Numbered from the stretch's first letter, positions 13,391 through 25,680 are shown. The stretch is 64,000 nt of DNA from Octopus vulgaris (GCA_951406725.2 OX597826.1:60140001-60204000); one strand, 5' to 3'. Notes: generated by a model not told the origin, from the letters alone. Made by a program: numbers and translations.

Positions 13391-13787
13391 ATTTCCTACT
13401 CTAGGCACAGAGCCCGAAACTTTTGAGGAGGGGGCCAGTCGATTAAATAGACCCCAGTATGCAACTGGTACTTAATTTATCGGCCCCGGAAGGATGAAAG
13501 GCAAAGCTAACCTCTGCGGAATTTGATCTCAGAACGTAGACAGACGAAATACCTATTTCTTTACAACCCACAAGGGGCTAAACATAGAGTGGACAAACAA
13601 CGACGGAGAAAAGGATTAAGTCGTTTACATCGACCCCAGTGCGTAACTGGTACTTAATTTATCAACCCCGAAATGATGAAAGGCAAAGTCGACCTCGGCG
13701 GAATTTGAACTCACAACGTCACGGCAGACAAAATACCGCTAAGCATTTCGCCCACCGTTCTAACGTTTCTGCCAGCTCGCCGCCTTA
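13391..13787 (-). mobile_element. Dimeric SINE family 1 element (full monomer plus 5'-truncated variant monomer) with 13-bp flanking duplication
   Basis: Two tandem cores; CAACTACAATATT at 13378-13390 and 13791-13803. Confidence 0.8.
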
Positions 13788-13803
13788 AACCAACTACAAT
13801 ATT

Positions 13804-13884
13804 CATTTCTACTTTGGGTACAAGGCCTGAAAATTTTTTTTCGGGGAGCGGGGTAGTCGAATTGATCGACGTCAGTATGAAACT
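13804..13884 (-). mobile_element. SINE family 1 variant tail fragment
   Basis: Similar to 13391-13465. Confidence 0.6.
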
Positions 13885-14671
13885 AATGAAAGCGCAGCAA
13901 CTCCGTTGCAACAGCTCTGAAGATAAAATCGTTGCCAAATCTCGACAATTAAATGAGGAGTTCACCATGTAATTAACTAATCAATTTCGTGCCTTTCACG
14001 CCTTCGAGTAACTGCTGCGTGTGTTATTCTTTACGCTACGGGAGTTTAAAAACCATGTAACCTTAATAAATAATTGCATTAGCAATATTCTACAAACTAC
14101 ATTGAAGTAGTCTAACGTCACCGAGAACATACAACGATGGTGAAAAATACACAGAGGTGTCTCACGTACCTATCAATATATTATAACGCTATTCTTAATC
14201 GATGACACAATCAACGCCTTTCTTCACCGCCAAAATTATGTCTAATTAAATAACAGATACGCTACATGGTATATGCACAACGTAATACCTGTTTGCTACC
14301 GGGAATCATTGTACACTATGATCTATGTCTCCTCAGACAGACAGCTGTTTAGATAACGATCATTCATTCATTTTATATATTTCCCTGGCTAGACGTTTTG
14401 TCTGAAAATGTCTGACAGTTTACATTACAGCTGCGCTCAATCTATTTTTTTCGGAAAAAGAGGAGGCGGGGGTAATATAACTTCCGGACTCTTTCGCATT
14501 TTCTCATATTTTCTATAATTGTCTTAAACTTCAATTACGCCGATACATACTTCTCCTTAAGTTTATAAATTAGCACAATGGATATATATAATATATATAT
14601 ATATATATATAAATACATATATGTATCATAACGAGGGGACAGCTACCATATATATATATATATATATATAT

Positions 14672-14879
14672 AGTTAATCCAAACATGAACAAAGAGAAAA
14701 CACAATAACACGAGGACGTGGAACAAGTATAGTGTTATTTGACGCTCAGGAAAGGAAAGAAAGAATGGGAATTTAACGTTTCGAACGGAGCACTTCGTCA
14801 GAAATATACAAAAAAATGAAAAATCCAAGAATGGGAAGACGGAGAAAGAAAATCGCCAAAGATAGACTCACGGTCACAT
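14672..14879 (-). mobile_element. HHR-bearing ~200-bp element, subfamily A copy 1
   Basis: Homologous to 33139-33346; minus strand reads TTT-CTGACGA-A-GTGC TCC GTTC-GAAA-CGT-T-AAA at 14772-14804; abuts (TA)n. Confidence 0.75.
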
Positions 14880-16614
14880 ATTGAAGCGACCGGAAGGGAA
14901 TGGGGGGAAGTTCATTCAAAGACAGTAGAGTGCAAGAGAATGAGGTATGTGTGTGTGGGGGATGTATATATATATATAATAGATACAACATTGCATGATT
15001 TCGGATGCGTCCTTAATTTCTTGTTAGATTCATAGAAAGGAGGTTGCGAGATACACCGTATTTTCGGCAGGGGAGACCTTTCCTTCCAAAAGGAAAGAAA
15101 AACATAGCAGTATGAAAAGAACTGACACCAGTTCAAGCTTGGTACTTCGTCCGTCGAACTCAATAGAAAGAAAGAAAGTGTTAATGTAATCTGGATTTGA
15201 ACTCAGTGCGCACTGAGCCGGGTGATTGTACAAAACGATTTCTTCGATTCTTTCACATATATGTAAGTGTACATATACGTATGTATGTATGTATGTATGT
15301 ATGTATGTATGTATGTATGTATGTATGTATGTATGTATGTATGTATGCATGTATGTATGTATGCATGCATGCATGCAATATTATTAATAAATATCTTAGC
15401 AGACAATAATGGATGAATGAAATTAAATAAAAACAGTTGATAATGATGCCGATATTAGCTTTCATGTTTATGGTTGGGGTGGTTTTGATGATCACGATGA
15501 TGATGATGACGATTACGATGATGATGTGATGATAATTACATTATTTTATTTGCGGGCAATGTTCCAAAGTCGTGTTGGTTTTACAAGGCAGGAATTGAAT
15601 ATTCTTACAAAAAGTGTCGGCGGATTTATGCTATATATGACTGCAAAATTAATCACAATAAAAACTGAGTTAAGATGACATAACAACTTGTAACTATAAC
15701 GATAAAGAAAGACAGAATCATCGGGGAGAACAATAAAACATAAATTGGTAAATTTTACACAAACCTCGAATATACTTAACGCGCGAAAGACAAGGGTTTA
15801 GGACCAATCCTTAGTTCAGTGTCATAAGTCCACGCAGTCTCAGAAATTTTGCCACTCTCACGCACATTTCATTAAAAACCTGGAAAATATTACATCCATT
15901 TTATTCATTCAAACATGTTAATATGTGCTGATAGTGGTACACATTTAGGCGCAAGCTGCACTGACAGTTTGAACGTCTACGTCTGCTGAAGGTTGTATGT
16001 CTTTATATAATCTAGGTACGCATACATGTTTGTAAATGCGGCTAGGCTCCGTGCGTTAGTATTTGCTCATTAGGACATTGAAGTATTTAACACAGTGACA
16101 AGAATATTTCGTTACAGATTGGTTGGTCAAGTTATGACCCCCTTCTCATGAAACATGCCACAACAGGCTATGTTTATTGTCCCACTGTTTACAATTTTAC
16201 CATTTCGTTACTCGGTCTCTCTCTCTCAATCTACTGCACCCAAAAAAACATATCTAATTAGATTTCACATTGAATATAGTTGGTTAGAGAATTATTATTG
16301 CTGTCGAACAGATTTTCGAAATCAGCAAATGTATTTTGCTTGAAAATCTATATAAATATCCTGCAGAGTGGGTTGTTCGTCGAGGAAGCGGTTGCCTACC
16401 ATACGTTGATAATAGGCAAACACCTTGAAACCTAGGTCCGTGTGTGGTTTCCGCTTCATCGGGGAATTATCTCCCTTTGCAGGATAGAGGACGCCGTGAT
16501 GGTGTCAAGCCTATCTGGCGACGTTGATGTTCGCCTGGTGCTAAATGCAACAGTAACACCCCCACCACCCTGCCCTGTCCCTAGCCATATTCAGATGGCT
16601 TTAGTCCCTTATGT

Positions 16615-16699
<85 letters not shown>

Positions 16700-16707
<8 letters not shown>

Positions 16708-16946
16708 ATATTTCGGAATGGTCATATTGCCAGTTTAGCCAATAAAAACACACGCACTATATATTTGGTGTTATTTTGCTTCAGTGATATTTATTTTTAC
16801 ATTAATCTTAATCTTATTTTGGCCGAAATAAGATTAAGATTAATGTAAAAAATAAATATCACTGAAGCAAAATAACACCAAATATATAGTGCGTGTGTTT
16901 TTATTGGCTAAACTGGCAATATGACCATTCCGAAATATAACAATAT
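16700..16946. repeat. Near-perfect 247-bp spacerless palindrome between (TA)n tracts
   Basis: Arms 16700-16822 and 16823-16946 are reverse complements with one mismatch and one indel seen; centre TTTTGGCCGAAA. Confidence 0.95.
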
Positions 16947-17000
16947 CTGTTTCAACACACGACTTCACATAAAAAATCTTGCACAACAAATATTTAAACG

Positions 17001-17034
<34 letters not shown>

Positions 17035-17060
17035 CATACGTATATATACATATCTATATC

Positions 17061-17102
<42 letters not shown>

Positions 17103-17226
17103 CGTACATATATGTATAATATATTATATGTATATATATATATATATATATAGATATATATATATATATACACAGACACAAAAAAAAGAGAAAGAAACAA
17201 TGATATTTGGAGAGTAAAATATGTAT

Positions 17227-17535
17227 ACTCTTTTACGTGTTTCAGTCATTTTACTGTGGCTATGCTGGAGCACCGCCTTTAGTAAACACACCAGCATCGG
17301 TATCCAGTGATGTTGGTGGACAAACACTCACACACAAACACACACACACACACATACATATATATACATATATACGACGGGCTTCTTTCAGTTTCGTCTA
17401 CAATATCCACTCACGAGGGTTTGGTCGGCCCGAGGCTATAGTAGAATACACTTGCCCAAGGTGCCACGCAGTGGGACTGAAGATGGAATCATGTGGCTCG
17501 AAGGAAGCTACTTACCACACAGCCAATTTTACACC
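17227..17535 (-). mobile_element. SINE family 2 with internal deletion
   Basis: Tail, core and head match the consensus. Confidence 0.8.
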
Positions 17536-17819
17536 TATGTATGTACATATATATAAGTATATATTTATGTATACGAGGGTGCTTGAATACCTGTGCTAAA
17601 TGCAATGGCAGGTAACGGTGGGGGAAGTTTTGGTTTAATGGTTATCACTATGGAGACACAATTGACAGGCACATGGTTCGTTTCCCTGAGGTGATTTTGT
17701 TCAGTTTTGTGCGTCTTATGCAGCGCTGTGAATGTATTTAAATCTTAAGCATTTACATCATATTAGACAGGCACAACTATACACACACACAAAAACATAC
17801 ATACATACATACATACATG

Positions 17820-17887
<68 letters not shown>

Positions 17888-17976
17888 CACATATATAATA
17901 TGTTATATAATATAATAAATTACATACGTATATATATTTTTTATTTTTATATGTATATATATATACATACACACAC

Positions 17977-18010
<34 letters not shown>

Positions 18011-18649
18011 ATGTGTGTGTGCTTATGTGTGTGTGCGTGTGTGTGTGTATGTGTGTGTGTGTGGGGGGGGGGTATGTATTCCAATATAAACAAAGGTATT
18101 CCAATACAAACACGTGCGGGACCGATGAGCTTAAAATTATGTTAATTCTACCATTGAAATACGGATTAATTCTTTAAAATATTACAAAATAAAATGTAAA
18201 TGGCTAATCATATATTACGAAAACATTTATATTTAATACCTTATAATATACAATAAGCTTCTTATATTTTAAATCTGCTGAAATTCTGAGTTTTCACATG
18301 TACACGCAGATGCTGACAAATCCAATGCATTGAACGTATTTGTGAAACATCCATAAACTTTTTAATGGCCTCTGACACGGCACATACAAACAAGCGCTTA
18401 CTTAGTAACTTAAATGAAACAACGGATTGATAATAACTACTGAGATCCATAACTAAATAATATTTGCTAATATGCGCATATTCTGCTGTGAAATTTGTTA
18501 AGAAATCGTACCTAGCTTAACTGTAACTATGTTGCTAATTTCTCAGCATTGAAGATTTTTTCTCTTACTGTTAATAACGTTTAAAATCATATGACCAGTT
18601 ATACAATGAAAACATACTGGTACTTTATAAATAATTTCTTTTAAGATTA

Positions 18650-18813
18650 AGGAGATATGGCTGCGTGGTAAAAAAGTTTGCTTCTCAATCACATAGTTCG
18701 GGTTTCTGTCCCACTGCCTGACAATTTGGACAAGTGCCGTGCATCATAGTCTCAAGCCGATCAGACCCTTGTAAGTGGATTTGATAGGCGGAAACTGAAA
18801 GAAGCTCGTCGTA
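18650..18813 (+). mobile_element. SINE family 2, 5' half, diverged
   Basis: Head through GGAAACTGAAAGAAGC. Confidence 0.7.
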
Positions 18814-18910
18814 CTTATATATATATATTTATATATATATACATGTCTCTACGAGAGATTTAGAAATTTAGTATTTCTGATATATATATATATGTGTGTG
18901 TGCGTGTGTA

Positions 18911-19015
<105 letters not shown>

Positions 19016-19234
19016 GAAAAAACAAGTCAAATTAGAAAATGCTAAAGTAATTTTATAAAGAACATTTCAGTACCGGTTTCGGTCATTTTGAGACCTTTTC
19101 AACTGTAACGATTAAATAGAAAAATTAAAAGAAAAGATTTTTTAAAGGAATATTTGTATAGTGTTCAAATATAAGTGGCATTCTGCCTTTCTCTGCCTCC
19201 CTTGTTTGCGCTTGTGTGTTCTAGGCCGTTGTGG

Positions 19235-19236
<2 letters not shown>
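19016..19236 (-). mobile_element. Short element embedded in (TA)n, carrying a hammerhead ribozyme
   Basis: (TA)n on both sides; HHR at 19068-19105. Confidence 0.6.
19068..19105 (-). ncRNA. Minimal type I hammerhead ribozyme, U3-A8 core variant
   Basis: Minus strand: CAG-UUGAAAA-GGUC UCAAAAU GACC-GAA-ACCGGU-A-CUG; stems I and II pair and stem III is palindromic. Confidence 0.75.
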
Positions 19237-19298
<62 letters not shown>

Positions 19299-19400
19299 TA
19301 CATATATATATATGTATACATATATATATGTATACATATAAAAAAAACAGTAATACAGAGATAAAATACTCAAACTTTTTTAAAATACCTTTTAAAATCA

Positions 19401-19788
19401 AGGATATGAGGGTGTGTGGTTAGAAGCTTGTTTCCAAACGACATGGTTCTGGGTTCAGTCCGACTATGTGGCGCCTAGAGCAAGAGTCTTCTACGATAAC
19501 TTCGGGTTGACCAGAACCTTGCCACTAGATTTGATAGACGGAAGCTGAAAGAAGCCCGTCATATATATGCGAGAGTGTGTCTATGTATCTATGTTTTTCA
19601 CGCCACCATCGCCCCACACCCAATATTGGGGTGTTTACGTCCCCATAACTTAGCAGTTGATAAATATAATCGATAGAGTAACAGCTAGGATAACATAGAA
19701 TGAGTTCTGCTCTCGATTTCTTCGACTAAACGCATTAAGGTGGTGCCCCAACATCGCCGCAATCAAATGATTGAAGGAAGCAAAAAAA
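19401..19788 (+). mobile_element. SINE family 2, diverged full length
   Basis: Head, core and tail recognisable. Confidence 0.75.
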
Positions 19789-19802
19789 TATACACACACA
19801 CA

Positions 19803-19855
<53 letters not shown>

Positions 19856-19857
<2 letters not shown>

Positions 19858-19952
19858 AGGACTGGCTGTGTGATAAGTAGTTTGCTTACAATGCACAAGG
19901 TTCTGGGGTCAGTCCCATTGTATGACACCTTGGGCAAGTGATTTCTACTGTA
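19856..19952 (+). mobile_element. SINE family 2, 5' fragment
   Basis: TGGCTGTGTGATAAGTAG...CCTTGGGCAAGTG; stops just before the inverted-repeat element. Confidence 0.75.
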
Positions 19953-19967
19953 ATGAAATTACGACAT

Positions 19968-20230
19968 GCATATGGTGCGTTATAAGAATTTATAGAAAGG
20001 CATCCCATAGAAACTCAACAAATTGTTAAAAGATGGAGAAGGGATGTTAAAATTTGAAAATAATTTTAATGCAGGCACACGATCGTTCCGAACAGCAATA
20101 GTAACATGTAAATAACATGGTAGAACAATTAAAATTAGTCAAATTAAATTGCATTACAAATCACTGTTCTTCTCAGTGCAAGACGAATTATATGATGATG
20201 ATGATGATAATAATAATAATAATAATAAGG

Positions 20231-20282
<52 letters not shown>

Positions 20283-20583
20283 TAATAATAATAATAATAA
20301 TAATAATGATAAAAAATAATAATAATAATAATAATAATAATATTTTATGATGTATTCGTCTTGCGCTGAGAAGAATAGTAATTTGTAATTAATTTGATTC
20401 ACTTTAATTAAGTTTAATTATTTTACCATGTTAATTACATGTTTAATATCACTGTTCGAAACGATCGTGAGCTTTTTAAAAATTATTTCCAAATTTTAAC
20501 ATCTTCTCTTCTGCATCTTTAAATAATTTGTTGAGTTTCTATGGGATACCTTTCCATGAAATCTCATAACACACAACATATGC
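19968..20583. mobile_element. Diverged inverted repeat (~225-bp arms) around (AAT)n, with an HHR-like fold in each arm
   Basis: 19968-20190 matches the reverse complement of 20354-20583; HHR-like motifs at 20075-20179 (-) and 20363-20472 (+). Confidence 0.75.
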
Positions 20584-20649
20584 GCGCACGCGTGTGTGTG
20601 TGTTTATCTGCCTGTATGTCTGTGTCTGTCTGTCTATCTGTCTGTCTGT

Positions 20650-20846
20650 GTATTTGCTTTTGTGTCTTTATTTGATCCTCCCAAATCGTTTGATAGCCGA
20701 TTCTGGTAGGTTTACGTCCCCGCTAACTTAACGGTTCGGCAAAAGAAACGTTAGAAAAAGTACTAGGGTTCAATTTGCTCGCCTAAAGGCGATGCTCCAG
20801 TATGGCCGCGGTCAAACGACTGAAAAAAATAAAAGAATAAAAAATA
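20650..20846 (+). mobile_element. SINE family 2, 3' part
   Basis: TTTACGTCCCCG...GGTTCGGCAAAAGA...AAAGGCGATGCTCCAGTATGGCCGC. Confidence 0.75.
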
Positions 20847-20848
20847 AA

Positions 20849-20898
<50 letters not shown>

Positions 20899-21034
20899 CA
20901 CGTATATATGTGTGTGTATATATATAATTAAAAAGTGAATAAAGCTTTCTATCAATGTATTTGGTTAAACCCAGTTGGCATGTGGATTGTTTTTTAACAA
21001 TCCCTTATGGGGATATTGCTTCATCAAATTCTGA

Positions 21035-21153
<119 letters not shown>

Positions 21154-21209
21154 ATATACAAACACACACACATATATATATAAATATGTGTATATATATT
21201 TATATATAG

Positions 21210-21250
<41 letters not shown>

Positions 21251-21679
21251 TTTATACATATATATATAATATACTATATGTATATATTTATACATACATA
21301 TATATATATATGTATATATACATATAATATATTCTTTTGCTTCTTTCAGCGATGCGGCTGCGGTCGTGCTATATATACATGTATCTATATCTATATATGC
21401 ATGTATGTATATGTGTGTGTGCGTGTGTTTGTATATGTGTGTGTGGTGTGTTTGTGTGTCTGTGCGTCTGTGTAGTTTAAATCTATAACGATGCAGATTG
21501 TGAGGTAGTGTGGTATTCAGCTTCCATAAATATCACTCCATTTTGCATTACATTCACAGGAAAAAGAAATTGTAATCCTTCTTTAATGAACTGGATCCAA
21601 TTGCAAGAAATGCTTCCATTCTTCAAACTGTAATACAGTCCCTAATACCCACCATAGATAATTCTTCTATAACACTTAC

Positions 21680-21861
21680 AAACATACTGAAAATTTAACA
21701 AATCCCGATACCATAGTGAGAATTTATTAAATAAAGGAAGCTTATATATAAGAGGAAAACCCTGACGGTGATGAATCACTAATAGAGTCTCTATGTATTC
21801 ACTCAGCTGGATAGATGTAACCACAAAAGCAGGGACGTTATTGAATTGCGTCCTATTTGCT
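21680..21861 (-). other. Candidate exon (unverified)
   Basis: Acceptor GTCCTTTCTTTTGACAG, donor GTAAGT, one open frame (ANRTQFNNVPAF...); no recognisable homology. Confidence 0.2.
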
Positions 21862-22559
21862 CTGTCAAAAGAAAGGACATTTTGTTTGAAGTGGCTTAGT
21901 GTTACTTGACTACGTACAGAAATGTAGAAAAGAAAAGGTGGTAGTTGTAGTTGGTCTACTGAGGAAGAATATGGAACCAAACAGCAATAGCAACATGAAG
22001 GTGATTCTTCTAAATCCACTTCGTTTTTCTGTACGACTTTTAAATCGTATCACTAATGGTAATGGTAGTAGGCACGAAAGAAACGTTGTTATCTTTGATG
22101 CTATTGTTAGTGGTGACGGATGCGGCGGTGACGGTCGTCTTCGTCCTCGTCGTAGTTGTAGTGGTGATGGAGGTAGTCGCAGTGGTGGTGGTGATTATGA
22201 TGATGAGGATCACACACACACACGTAATGTAGGGATTTCAACACAAGTTTCGGCTATCAAATTCATTCACAAAGAATTATTCGACTCCGGAATCTAGTTA
22301 TAAGACACTTGCTCAAGGTACTACGCAGTGGAACCGAACCCAAAACCGTATGGTTGCATCCATGCTTAAGCAATAGATCAATATATGTCTGTCAAGTATG
22401 CCGTTACCCTTATTGTTGTTGATGCTGTTCTTGTTATGGAGATGTTATTGTTGTTATTATTCATGACACCATGTTCAGTTTGTTGTTGATAATGATTGGT
22501 TATATCGTTGTCCGTTTCCCTTCTGATGGCGTTGACGTAATATTTATGATGTTAAGTAG

Positions 22560-23776
22560 GTTGCTAATATTGGTGATGTCGATGAAAACAATGTTGCTGT
22601 TGTTCTTTATAACGATGTTGCTAATGTTGGTGATGTTGATGAAAACGATGTTGTTAGTATTCTTTATAACGATGTTGCTAATATTGGTGATGTCGATGAA
22701 AACTCTGTTGCTGTTGTTCTTTATAATGATGTTGCTAATTTTGGTGATGCTGATGAAAACGATATTGCTGGTATTCTTTAAAACGATGTTGCTAATATTG
22801 GTGATGTCGATGAAAACGCTGTTGCTGTTGTTCTTTATAACGATGCTGCTAATGTTGGTGATGTCGATGAAAACGATGTTACTGACGTTTTTAAAACGAT
22901 GTTGCTAATGTTGGTGATGTTGATGAAAACGATGTTGCTGGTATTCTTTATAACGATGTTGCTAATGTTGATAATGTTGATGAAAACGATGTTACTGACG
23001 TTTTTAAAACGATGTTGCTAATGTTGGTAATGTTGATGAAAACAATGTTGCTGGTATTCTTTATAACGATGTTGCTAATGTTGATAATGTTGATGAAAAC
23101 GATGTTACTGACGTTTTTAAAACGATGTTGCTAATGTTGGTGATGTTGATGAAAACGATGTTGCTGGTATTCTTTATAACGATGTTGCTAATGTTGATAA
23201 TGTTGATGAAAACGATGTTACTGACGTTTTAAAACGATGTTGCTAATGTTGGTGATGCTGATGAAAACAATGTTGCTGGTATTCTTTATAACGATGTTGC
23301 TAATGTTGATAATGTTGATGAAAACGATGTTACTGACGTTTTTAAAACAATGTTGCTAATGTTTGTGATGTTGATGAAATCGATGTCGCTGGTATTCTTT
23401 AAAACGATGTTGGTAATGCTGATAATGTTGATGAAAACGATGTTACTGACGTTTTTAAAACGATGTTGCTAATGTTGGTGATGTTGATGAAAACGATGTT
23501 GCTCTTGTTCTTTATAACGATGTTGCTAATATTGGTGATATCGATGAAAACGCTGTTGCTGTTGTTCTTTATAATGATGTTGCTAATTTTGGTGATGCTG
23601 AGGAAAACGCTGTTCTGGTATTTTTTAAAACGATGTTGCTGTTGTTCTTTATAATGATGTTGCTAATATTGGTGATGCTGATGAAAACAATGTTGCTGGT
23701 ATTCTTTAAAACGATGTTGTTAATTTTGTTGATGTTGAAGAGAACGATGTTGCTCTTGTTCTTTATAATGATGTTC
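22560..23776 (+). repeat. 57/56-bp minisatellite array (~21 units) with a central 113-bp higher-order repeat
   Basis: Unit GATGTTGCTAATGTTGGTGATGTTGATGAAAACGATGTTGCTGGTATTCTTTATAAC (57 bp) alternates with a 56-bp ...GTTACTGACGTTTTTAAAAC unit. Confidence 0.95.
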
Positions 23777-24744
23777 GACAATGAAATTTTAGCTCTCCAT
23801 GTCATTGTTTGAGATTATTTTTTCTTACGCTCTTGTTGATGTCATCGTGTTCTTGTACATTTTAATGATAACAGTATTGATGTCGTTGTTGTTCTTCTAT
23901 ATTGGTTTATTCATTGTCAGTTCATTCTTATTTATGCTATCTTTGTTGAACATGTTGTTATTTGGATGATATTATTGTTAATAATATTGAGTACGTTGTT
24001 TAACTGTTTACCCATCTGCTAGTCAACAGAAAAAGTGCCGACTTAGAAAGAATAATGAAAGGCTTTCCAGTCCTCACCATTTCCAACCGGTTTTCTTATG
24101 AACCAGCAAACATGCAATACAATGTATTCTGTATATATTACAGCAGGGTGTAAAGTGAGAGACATTTGGCTACTATTTCTATCAGATTGAACGTCTCATA
24201 GCGACTTCTTACTATCTCTAAGTTATTACTTTTGTTGTTGTTGTTGTTGTTTTGGTGGTGGTTGTTGTCTTGGTGATGGTGGTGGTGGTAGATGTGATGA
24301 TGTTAGTTGTGATTGATGTGTTGTTAGTTGCTGCTATTTTGCTTCTAGGCAGATGAAGTCGACTTTCTATATTTCAAGCAGTCGTATCAGGTGGAGCAAG
24401 ATGGGGAAGAGAGAGAGAGAAACAGAGAGAAACAGAGAGAGAGAGAGAGAGAGAGAGAGGCAGACTGACAGACAGAAACATAGAGAATGGGAGGGAAAAG
24501 GAAGAGAGAGAGAGAGAGAGATCACAGGGATTCGAGTAGAGGTCGATGGGGATTGTCGAGGTGGATGAAGAGGAGCTGTAGGATGAGGAAGGATATTATG
24601 GAGGTGGATGATGAAGGAGGTAGACGAGGAGGCAGTGAGCAGGTGGAGTAATGTCCACTTGATACGTCTCAAATAGATTGTCTCCACTGTGCTAACAGCA
24701 ATTCGACCCCCTTCCCATATTTTGTCCTTTGAGATGAATGTAAT

Positions 24745-24827
<83 letters not shown>

Positions 24828-25308
24828 GTATGTGCGTCTGTTCCGTTTGAGTGTGTGTGTGTCACTGAGAGGAAGAGAGAGAAGTCTGTGCGTGTGAGTA
24901 TGTGCACCTCTGTACTGTTATGTTCGTGTTACTACTTTGGTTTATTAATGTGTTTAATGGTATCTGTTATGTATGAGTGAAAGCGTGTTTGCCTGCGTGT
25001 GCGTATGTCCGTGTGTGCTTGCTTGTTTGTGTGTATTTGTGTGTCTGCGTATGAGTGAGTGTATCTGTGTGTGTGCGTGTGTTCCAATTTAAAAGATAAA
25101 AGTTATATAAAGTAAGTTTGAAGATGGCTGATTTTACGCAAATGTATAAAAGTAAGCACACTACGTATTCACACTTACGCCACACGGACCTACATCATGT
25201 GCACACACAAACATACTCGTTCAGACATATATAAAGATATTTACTCATATAGACCCAGAAAGAAACAAGGCATTTATAAAAAAGAAATATATAAGTATGT
25301 ACATACAT

Positions 25309-25385
<77 letters not shown>

Positions 25386-25388
<3 letters not shown>

Positions 25389-25583
25389 GTTAGCTACTGC
25401 ACGCATTTTTTTTCTCTCCTTCTTTCTGTGTTTTTCTCTCTCTGTGTATCTTTCTGTTGAAGAGCGTAGGCTCGAAACGTTAAAGACTTGTTTTATTTAT
25501 ATTTCCTGAGCGCCATACTAATACAATTGTTCGTTTGTTTTCCACCTGCCTTCGTCTTTTGTTTATTTTCATAAAGCTTCCCG

Positions 25584-25585
<2 letters not shown>
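25386..25585 (+). mobile_element. HHR-bearing ~200-bp element, subfamily B copy 1, inside (TA)n
   Basis: Nearly identical to 59379-59544; (TA)n on both sides. Confidence 0.85.
25449..25486 (+). ncRNA. Hammerhead-like motif (A6U core, extra A before stem II)
   Basis: UCUUU-CUGUUGA-A-GAGC GUAG GCUC-GAA-ACGU-U-AAAGA: 5-bp stem I, 4-bp stem II, palindromic ACGU stem III. Confidence 0.65.

Positions 25586-25680
<95 letters not shown>

Noticed and set aside
15090-15250. Very old SINE traces (also ~2870-3010, ~8990-9110, ~22210-22360, ~43110-43250, ~45066-45130)
   Set aside because: Likely real relics, but too diverged to delimit reliably by eye
22471-23805. Hydrophobic 19-aa repeat ORFs, or a CRISPR-like array
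   Set aside because: Contiguous tandem units have no unique spacers, the 56-bp units break the frame, and the context is eukaryotic with no cas genes
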